Shown one piece after another: positions 57,928 through 64,000 of a stretch of 64,000 nt of DNA. Numbering within the stretch: the first letter of the stretch is position 1; every line of letters begins with the position of its first letter. The notes beneath the pieces were generated by a model that was not told where the DNA came from, ran no database searches, and saw only the letters and a list, made by a program, of their open reading frames with translations. Origin of the DNA: Burkholderiales bacterium (GTDB lineage Bacteria; Pseudomonadota; Gammaproteobacteria; Burkholderiales; SG8-39). Location: positions 3,133-67,132 of the forward strand of contig DATBQR010000016.1 of NCBI GenBank assembly GCA_036560705.1, written 5' to 3'. The position numbers were made by a program, and so were the translations under genes.

Positions 57928-59994
57928 TCAAGCGACGCGCTCTACTTCCACCAGGCAGTCGTAGAAAGTCGCCGCACCGCCGAGGTCGGCGACCCGCTGC
58001 GAGGTAAGGTCGTTGGCGTTCCGGCGGTCGCGCGCGAACTTCTTCCACCAGACGGAGGGCGCCACCACCACGCCGCGGCGCGGCTTGTCGTTGACGCGCG
58101 CCTTCAGCGTGAAGCTGCCGCGGTCGTTGAACAACCGGACCCGGTCGCCGTCGCGTATCCCGCGCGGCCCGGCGTCGGCGGAATGCAGCTCGAGGCTGGG
58201 TTCGCCCTCCGCGTCGCGAAAGCGCGGCAGGTTGGCGAACGAGGAATTGAGGAAGTTGCGCACCGGCGGCGAAATGAAATTGAGCGGGTATTTCTTCGCC
58301 AGCTGCGGATTGCTGGAGGGCAGCTCGGCGGGCGGGTTGTAGAACGGCAGCGGATCGATCCCCTGCTGCTTCAGCGCCTCGCTGTAGAACTCGCACTTGC
58401 CCGAGGGCGTGTGGAAGCCGCCCTGCGCGAAAGGCGCGAACTTCTGCGGCAGCGCCAGCCGCTGCCAGCCGTTCTTCTTCAGCGTCTCCCAGTCCATGCC
58501 GGCGAGGTTGGCGTGGCCCGAGCCGATCGCCTGGCGCGCCAGCTCGTCGTCGGAATCGCGAAAGCACGGCTCTTCGAAGCCCATGCGCGCGGCGAGGCGC
58601 CGGAATACCTCGACGTTCGGCAGCGATTCGCCGACCGGCGCGATCGCCGGATTGTTCGCCAGCACGTACAGGTGGCCGTAAGCCTTGTGGATGTCGGTGT
58701 GCTCGAGCTGCGTGGTCGCCGGCAGCACGATGTCCGCATAGTCGGCGGTGTCGGTGAGGAACGAGTCCATCACCACGCAGAACAGGTCTTCGCGCGAAAA
58801 CCCGGCGATCACCTTTGTCGAATCCGGACAGACCGCCACGGGGTTGTTGTTGTAGACGATCACCGCGCGCACCGGCGGGTCGCCGGCAGTGAGCGCATCG
58901 CCGACCTGGGAATGATTGATGACGCGCGGGGACTTCGCCGGCATCAGGTCCGGACGCTCCAGCGTGGCATGGTCGAACTTGAAGTTGTCGGCCGTAGTCA
59001 ACAGGATGCCGCCCGCGGGATCGCGCCAGGCACCCGTGAGCGCGGGCAGGCAGGCGATGGTGCGCGCGGCGATGCCGCCGCCGGCATGGCGCTGCATGCC
59101 GTAGTTGAGCCGGATCGCCGCCGGCTTCGCCCTCCCGTAATCGCGCGCCAATTGCACCACTTCTTCCACCGGGATGCCGCAGATTTCCGCCGCCCATCCC
59201 GGGGAATACTGCTTCACCTGTTCTTTCAATTCGTCGTACCCGAGGGTGTACTTCGCAACATAGTCCTCGTCGACGAGGCCCTCCGCGATCAGGACATGCA
59301 TCATGCCGAGCGCGAGCGCGCCGTCGGTGCCGGGCAGGAGCGCGATGTGCTGGGTGCATTTCTCGGCAGTCAGGCTGCGGTAGGGGTCGATCGCCACCAG
59401 CTTCGCGCCGCGCCGCTTGGCCTCCTGCGCGCGCGTCCAGAAATGCAGGTTGGAAGTGATCGGATTGGAGCCCCAGATGATGATCAGCTTCGCGTCCGGG
59501 TAGTTCTCCGGATCCATGCCGTAGTTGCCGCCGAGCGTCGCCTTGATCCCCGCCTTGCCCGCCGAGGAGCACAGCGTGCGCTCCAGCTGGGAAGCACCGA
59601 GCTTGTGGAAGAAGCGCCGGTCCATCGAACTGAACTGCAGCATGCCCATCGTCCCGGCGTAGCTGAGCGGCAGGATCGTCTCCGGGTTTTCGGCGGCGAG
59701 AACCTTCAGCCGCGCGGCGATTTCATCGAGCGCCTCGTCCCAGCTCACGCGCCTGAATTCGCCCTTGCCTTTCGGCCCGACGCGCTTGAGCGGATGCAGC
59801 AGGCGGTCCGGCGAGTAGGTGCGCTCGGCGTAGTGGCTGACCTTGGTACACAGCGAACCGTCGGTAAACGGGTGCGACGGATCGCCCTGCACTTTTATCG
59901 CGACGCCGTCCTTCACCGTGACCAGCATCGCGCAGGTGTCGGGGCAGTCGTGCGGGCAGGCCGCGCGCACAACGGTTTCGGTCGCGGTTTCCAT
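57928..59994 (-). CDS. molybdopterin (bis-MGD) oxidoreductase family protein, cytoplasmic
   Basis: 688 aa with the N-terminal 4Fe-4S motif CPHDCPDTC…C and no signal peptide. COG0243-type body. Substrate not inferable. Confidence 0.9.
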   Translation of the reverse strand: METATETVVRAACPHDCPDTCAMLVTVKDGVAIKVQGDPSHPFTDGSLCTKVSHYAERTYSPDRLLHPLKRVGPKGKGEFRRVSWDEALDEIAARLKVLAAENPETILPLSYAGTMGMLQFSSMDRRFFHKLGASQLERTLCSSAGKAGIKATLGGNYGMDPENYPDAKLIIIWGSNPITSNLHFWTRAQEAKRRGAKLVAIDPYRSLTAEKCTQHIALLPGTDGALALGMMHVLIAEGLVDEDYVAKYTLGYDELKEQVKQYSPGWAAEICGIPVEEVVQLARDYGRAKPAAIRLNYGMQRHAGGGIAARTIACLPALTGAWRDPAGGILLTTADNFKFDHATLERPDLMPAKSPRVINHSQVGDALTAGDPPVRAVIVYNNNPVAVCPDSTKVIAGFSREDLFCVVMDSFLTDTADYADIVLPATTQLEHTDIHKAYGHLYVLANNPAIAPVGESLPNVEVFRRLAARMGFEEPCFRDSDDELARQAIGSGHANLAGMDWETLKKNGWQRLALPQKFAPFAQGGFHTPSGKCEFYSEALKQQGIDPLPFYNPPAELPSSNPQLAKKYPLNFISPPVRNFLNSSFANLPRFRDAEGEPSLELHSADAGPRGIRDGDRVRLFNDRGSFTLKARVNDKPRRGVVVAPSVWWKKFARDRRNANDLTSQRVADLGGAATFYDCLVEVERVA

Positions 59995-60003
59995 CCGGAA
60001 AGT

Positions 60004-61239
60004 CTACTCCAGCAGTTCGATCCAGTGCACGACGCGGACTCGCGTTCCGCTCGGCAGCACCGGCGCGCCGCCCTGCAGATGGGAGAGGCAGCCGATGTTC
60101 GCGGTAGCGATGTACTCGGGACCACCGGCCGGCCCGCCCGCGCACAGCGCCGCAAGCTTGCGTTCGCGCAGTTTCCCGGACAGTTCCGCCTGCAGGATCG
60201 AGTAGGTCCCGGCCGAGCCGCAGCACAGGTGGCCGTCGGCGACGGGCGTGAGTTCGTGGCCGGCCGCCTGCAGCAGCGCCTCGACCTTGCCGCGCAGTTG
60301 CTGGCCGTGCTGCAGCGAGCAGGGCGACTGGAAAGCGACGCGGGCGGATCCGGCCTTTTTCTCTATCGCACTTGCCGGGACGACCTCGCAAAGGTCCTTC
60401 GTCATCGACGAAATCCGTTCCGCCTTCTCCCGGTAAGCCGGGTCGTTCTGCAGCAAAAGCCCGTATTCCCGCACGGTCGCGCCGCAACCGCTGGCCGTCA
60501 TGACGATCGCCTCGATCTCGCCGCGCTCGACCTGCGGCCACCAGCGGTCGATCAGCGCGCGCATGTCGTCCCGGCCCGCCTCCTGCTCGTTCAGGTGAAA
60601 GCGCAGCGCGCCACAGCAGCCCGCGCCCTCGGCTTCGATAAGCGATATCCCGGCGCGATCGAGCACGCGCGCCGCGGCGGCGTTGATGGCGGGCGCCAGG
60701 GCCGGCTGCACGCAGCCGGCGAGAACAAGCATCTTCCGCGCGTGGCGCGGCGCGGGCCATACGCCCGCGGGTTCGATGCTTGCAGGGATTTTGCTTTTCA
60801 GGCTCCCCGGGAGAAATCCCCGGAAGATTCTTCCCGCAAAAAGAAAAAGTGAAAACAATCCCGTCCTCGGCAGCACCGCCGACAGCAGCTTTCTTTGCGC
60901 GCTGTCCCAGGTTCCGCGCCCGACCTTCTCCTCGACGACGGCGCGGCCGATGTCGGCGAGCCGCCCGTACTGCACGCCCGAGGGGCAGGTGGTCTCGCAG
61001 GCGCGGCAGGTGAGGCAGCGGTCCAGGTGCAGGCGCGTCTTCCGCGTCGGCTCCACGCCTTCGAGGACCTGCTTGATGAGATAGATGCGGCCGCGCGGCC
61101 CGTCCAGCTCGTCGCCGAGCAGCTGGTAGGTCGGGCAAGTCGCGCTGCAAAAGCCGCAATGCACGCATTTGCGCAGGATGGCGTCGGCTTCGCGTCCCTC
61201 CGGGGTATCGCGGATAAATTCGGCAAGCTCGGTCTGCAC
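60004..61239 (-). CDS. glcF: glycolate oxidase iron-sulfur subunit
   Basis: GTG start. 411 aa, (M)QTELAEFIRDTPEGREADAILRKCVHCGFCSATCPTYQ… and CLTCRACETTCP ferredoxin motifs, plus CCG domains. Confidence 0.93.
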   Translation of the reverse strand: MQTELAEFIRDTPEGREADAILRKCVHCGFCSATCPTYQLLGDELDGPRGRIYLIKQVLEGVEPTRKTRLHLDRCLTCRACETTCPSGVQYGRLADIGRAVVEEKVGRGTWDSAQRKLLSAVLPRTGLFSLFLFAGRIFRGFLPGSLKSKIPASIEPAGVWPAPRHARKMLVLAGCVQPALAPAINAAAARVLDRAGISLIEAEGAGCCGALRFHLNEQEAGRDDMRALIDRWWPQVERGEIEAIVMTASGCGATVREYGLLLQNDPAYREKAERISSMTKDLCEVVPASAIEKKAGSARVAFQSPCSLQHGQQLRGKVEALLQAAGHELTPVADGHLCCGSAGTYSILQAELSGKLRERKLAALCAGGPAGGPEYIATANIGCLSHLQGGAPVLPSGTRVRVVHWIELLE

Positions 61240-61258
61240 GGCTCGCTATACTTTCCGG

Positions 61259-61657
61259 ATGGGAACCATGGTCTGGCTGGTGCTGCTCGCGTTCGCGGCA
61301 GCGGCGGGATGGCTGTTCAGGCAGCGCCTGCGGCAATGGGAAGACCGCAAACGGGCGGAAGAGGAGCGCTTCGCGGCCTTCATGGCGGAAACCTCGGCTG
61401 CGAAAGCGAAAGCCGCCGGGCCCATGCCACTACCTGCGCCACCTGCTCCTGCCGCGACGCCCGCGCCGCATGCGGCCGACGGGCTCGCCCAGCAAAAGAT
61501 GCTTTTCGAGGCGGCCCACAAAGCGGGAGAGGCCGGCGAGCCCGCGCTCGCCATCCAGCTGTACGGCCGGCTGCTGGCCCGGTACCCCGCCACCGCCTTT
61601 GCGGACCAGGCGCGCGCGGGCGCGGCGGCGCTGAAAAAAAAGCTCGTCAAGACCTAG
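61259..61657 (+). CDS. small membrane-anchored protein with Pro/Ala linker and TPR/YbgF-like C-terminus
   Basis: ATG at 61259, 132 aa. TM helix VWLVLLAFAAAAGWLF, a charged helix, PMPLPAPPAPAATPAP, then …AIQLYGRLLARYPATAFADQARAG…. Strong G/C third-position bias in this frame. Confidence 0.65.
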   Translation: MGTMVWLVLLAFAAAAGWLFRQRLRQWEDRKRAEEERFAAFMAETSAAKAKAAGPMPLPAPPAPAATPAPHAADGLAQQKMLFEAAHKAGEAGEPALAIQLYGRLLARYPATAFADQARAGAAALKKKLVKT

Positions 61658-62724
61658 AACTCCGCATACAGGCGCCCGGGATTGAGAATCCCGGCCGGAT
61701 CGAAGGCGGCTTTCAGTTCGCGTTGCAGGCGCGCGAGCGCCGCCGGCAGCGGCGCGAACGCCTGCACCGTCTTCCGCGCCGAGCGGAACAGCGCCGCATG
61801 GCCGCCCAGGCGGACCGCCGCGGCGCGCACCACGGCCGCGTCGGCGCTGGTTTTCAGCCAGCGCAGCGCGCCGCCCCATTCGATCAGTTGCGCGCCCGGC
61901 AGATCGATGCGCGGCGCGTGCGAAGGCAGCGACAGCCGCCACAGCGGCCCCTCGCCCGCGAAGAACGGATAGGTCTGCTCGCGGACGCCGGTCCAGAAGC
62001 CCGCCGCCTCGTCAGGCGCGATTCCTTCGCCGCCGATCTTCCCCGCCGCCGCGCGGATGCCGCTCTCCGAACCCGAAAGGCGCACGCAAAGTTCGCCGTC
62101 CTGCCAGGTGCTCGCGGAAACCGGCAACGGCTGCCCGCCCCAGCGGTTCAGATTCTCCAGCGCCTTGCCCTCCGGCGCCTCCAGCTTCAGCGTCAGCTCG
62201 GCCGGCGGCCGCGGCAGCACCTTGAGCGAAACCTCGAGGATCAGGCCGAGGGTGCCGAGCGAGCCGGCGAGCAGGCGCGACACGTCGTAGCCGGCGACGT
62301 TCTTCATCACCTGGCCGCCGAAGACGAGCGGTTCGCCGCGCCCGTCGAGGATTTTCGCGCCCAGCACGAAGTCGCGTACCGCCCCCGCGCTGGCGCGGCG
62401 CGGGCCGGAGAGTCCCGCCGCGACGCAGCCGCCGAGAGTGGCGCCCGGGCCGAAGCCGGGCGGTTCGAACGGCAGGAATTGCTTTTGCTCCAGAAGTATT
62501 TTCTGCAGATCGGAAAGCAAAGTGCCGCAGCGCGCGGTGACCACCAGCTCCGTCGGCTCGTAATCGACGATGCCGGCATGGGCGCGCGTGTCGAGCAGTT
62601 CGCCGCGCGGCTCGTTGCCGTAGAAATCCTTGGTGCCGCCGCCGCGGATGCGCAACGGGCGCCGCGCCGCGGCGGCTTCCTTTATTTTTTCGGAAAAAGA
62701 ATTCAATGCTGCAAGGTTCGACAA
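61654..62724 (-). CDS. glcE: glycolate oxidase FAD-binding subunit
   Basis: TTG start 1 nt after the glcD stop. 356 aa, …RIRGGGTKDFYG…GGQVMKNVAGYDVSRLL…. Confidence 0.92.
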   Translation of the reverse strand: MSNLAALNSFSEKIKEAAAARRPLRIRGGGTKDFYGNEPRGELLDTRAHAGIVDYEPTELVVTARCGTLLSDLQKILLEQKQFLPFEPPGFGPGATLGGCVAAGLSGPRRASAGAVRDFVLGAKILDGRGEPLVFGGQVMKNVAGYDVSRLLAGSLGTLGLILEVSLKVLPRPPAELTLKLEAPEGKALENLNRWGGQPLPVSASTWQDGELCVRLSGSESGIRAAAGKIGGEGIAPDEAAGFWTGVREQTYPFFAGEGPLWRLSLPSHAPRIDLPGAQLIEWGGALRWLKTSADAAVVRAAAVRLGGHAALFRSARKTVQAFAPLPAALARLQRELKAAFDPAGILNPGRLYAEF

Positions 62725-62725
62725 A

Positions 62726-64000
62726 TCAGAACCTCGGCAGGTCCGGATGGTTCAGCTTGCCGCCGTGCACGTGCATGCGCCCGAACTCGGCGCAGCGCGT
62801 GAGCGCGGGAACCGCCTTGCCCGGGTTGAGCAGGCCCTGCGGATCGAAGACGCGCTTGATGGCGTGGAAGCTCGCCAGTTCCGCCGAGCCGAACTGCGCG
62901 CACATCTGGTCGATCTTCTCCACGCCCACGCCGTGCTCGCCGGTAATGGTGCCGCCGACTTCGACGCACTTCTCCAGCACTTCGCCGGCGAACGCCTCGG
63001 TTCGCTTGAGCTGCGCCGGGTCGTTGGCGTCGAACAGGATCAGCGGGTGCAGGTTGCCGTCGCCGGCGTGGAACACGTTCGGGCAGCGCAGGCCGTACTT
63101 CTTCTCCATGGCGCAGATGAAGGTGAGCATTTCGCCCAGGCGCTTGCGCGGAATCGTGCCGTCCATGCAGTAGTAGTCGGGCGATATGCGGCCCACTGCC
63201 GGAAACGCCGCCTTGCGCCCGGACCAGAAGCGCAGCCGCTCGGCCTCGTTGCGCGACACCGTGCAGCGCGTCGCACCTGCCGCGGCGAGCACTTGTTCCA
63301 TGTGCGCGATCTCCTCCTCGACCTCCGCGGCGCTGCCGTCGGACTCGCACAGAAGGATGGCCGCCGCGTCAAGGTCGTACCCGGCGTGCACGAACTGCTC
63401 GACGGCCGCCGTCGCCGGCTTGTCCATCATCTCCAGGCCGGCGGGGATGATGCCGGCCGCGATCACCGCGGCAACCGCGTCGCCCGCTTTCTCCACGTCG
63501 TCGAACGAGGCCATGACCACGCGAGCCGTCTCCGGTTTCGGCAGCAGCTTCACGGTCACTTCGGTCGTCACCGCGAGCAGGCCCTCGGAACCGATGGCGA
63601 GCGCGAGCAGGTCGTAGCCCGGCGAATCGAGCGCCTCGGAGCCGAAATCGACCGGTTCGCCGGCGATGGTGTAGCCCCGGACCCGCAGCACGTTGTGCAC
63701 GGTCAGCCCGTATTTCAGGCAATGCACGCCGCCCGAATTCTCGGCGACATTGCCGCCGATGGTGCAGGCGATCTGGCTGGAGGGGTCCGGCGCGTAATAC
63801 AGGCCGAAAGGCGCCACCACGTCCGAAATCGCCGCGTTGCGCACACCCGGCTGCACCACCGCGAGGCGCGCGAGCGGATCGATGCGCACCACGCGCATGA
63901 ATTTCGCCAGCGACAGCAGCACGCCCTCCCCCGACGGCAGCGCGCCTCCCGAGAGTCCGGTACCGGCGCCGCGCGGCACCACCGGCACGCCGAGCGCGTG
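62726..64000 (-). CDS. glcD: glycolate oxidase subunit GlcD (N-terminus beyond the right edge)
   Basis: …VVPRGAGTGLSGGALP…TGEHGVGVEKI…. The frame stays open to position 64000, so the Met at 63988 is internal. Confidence 0.93.
   Translation of the reverse strand, partial: HALGVPVVPRGAGTGLSGGALPSGEGVLLSLAKFMRVVRIDPLARLAVVQPGVRNAAISDVVAPFGLYYAPDPSSQIACTIGGNVAENSGGVHCLKYGLTVHNVLRVRGYTIAGEPVDFGSEALDSPGYDLLALAIGSEGLLAVTTEVTVKLLPKPETARVVMASFDDVEKAGDAVAAVIAAGIIPAGLEMMDKPATAAVEQFVHAGYDLDAAAILLCESDGSAAEVEEEIAHMEQVLAAAGATRCTVSRNEAERLRFWSGRKAAFPAVGRISPDYYCMDGTIPRKRLGEMLTFICAMEKKYGLRCPNVFHAGDGNLHPLILFDANDPAQLKRTEAFAGEVLEKCVEVGGTITGEHGVGVEKIDQMCAQFGSAELASFHAIKRVFDPQGLLNPGKAVPALTRCAEFGRMHVHGGKLNHPDLPRF

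Noticed and set aside
53781-60852. 1029-aa (53781-56870) and 889-aa (58183-60852) plus-strand ORFs, and a 583-aa minus-strand ORF (57821-59572)
   Set aside because: They are antisense or out of frame relative to the ABC transporter, diguanylate cyclase, Mo oxidoreductase and glcF genes, with no motifs and an Arg/Ala/His-rich translation.
61246-61650. 134-aa minus-strand ORF that would bridge glcE and glcF
   Set aside because: Its translation is Ala/Ser/Arg-rich without structure-like features. The opposite strand shows the proper third-position G/C bias and a TM-linker-TPR-like protein.

Overview
High-GC (roughly two-thirds G+C by eye) chromosomal segment with betaproteobacterial core-genome synteny (ilvE, zinc-finger protein, waaF; rsmI opposite yraN-diaA-dolP; yhdP-tldD). 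This is an inference, with no database search. I support about 60 tightly packed protein genes and one RNase P RNA. I saw no rRNA, tRNA, CRISPR array, transposase or integrase. Many adjacent genes have ATGA/GTGA/TTGA start-stop overlaps, and non-ATG starts are frequent. Long Arg/Ala-rich ORFs antisense to real genes are high-GC artefacts. The most interesting locus is 1693-6285. It is a six-gene minus-strand operon joining a TAT-exported IorAB-type molybdenum hydroxylase to SoxX, SoxY, SoxZ and SoxA. The SoxY carrier ends in AACTEEVK instead of the canonical GGCGG arm, and no soxB follows. Other points worth a second look: an OtsA trehalose-6-phosphate synthase with a 260-aa two-TM sensor-like N-terminal module; an opposite-strand membrane/TPR-like gene splitting glcE from glcF; a signal-peptide HIRAN protein inside the yraN-diaA-dolP locus; an Opu-type binding-protein/permease fusion with no importer ATPase, coupled to an exporter-type ABC gene; a TRAP transporter with an enlarged DctM and an internal dctP terminator; and small in-frame tandem repeats and a paired palindromic element. 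All functional names come from reading the translations and from remembered family signatures. Nothing was searched or computed.
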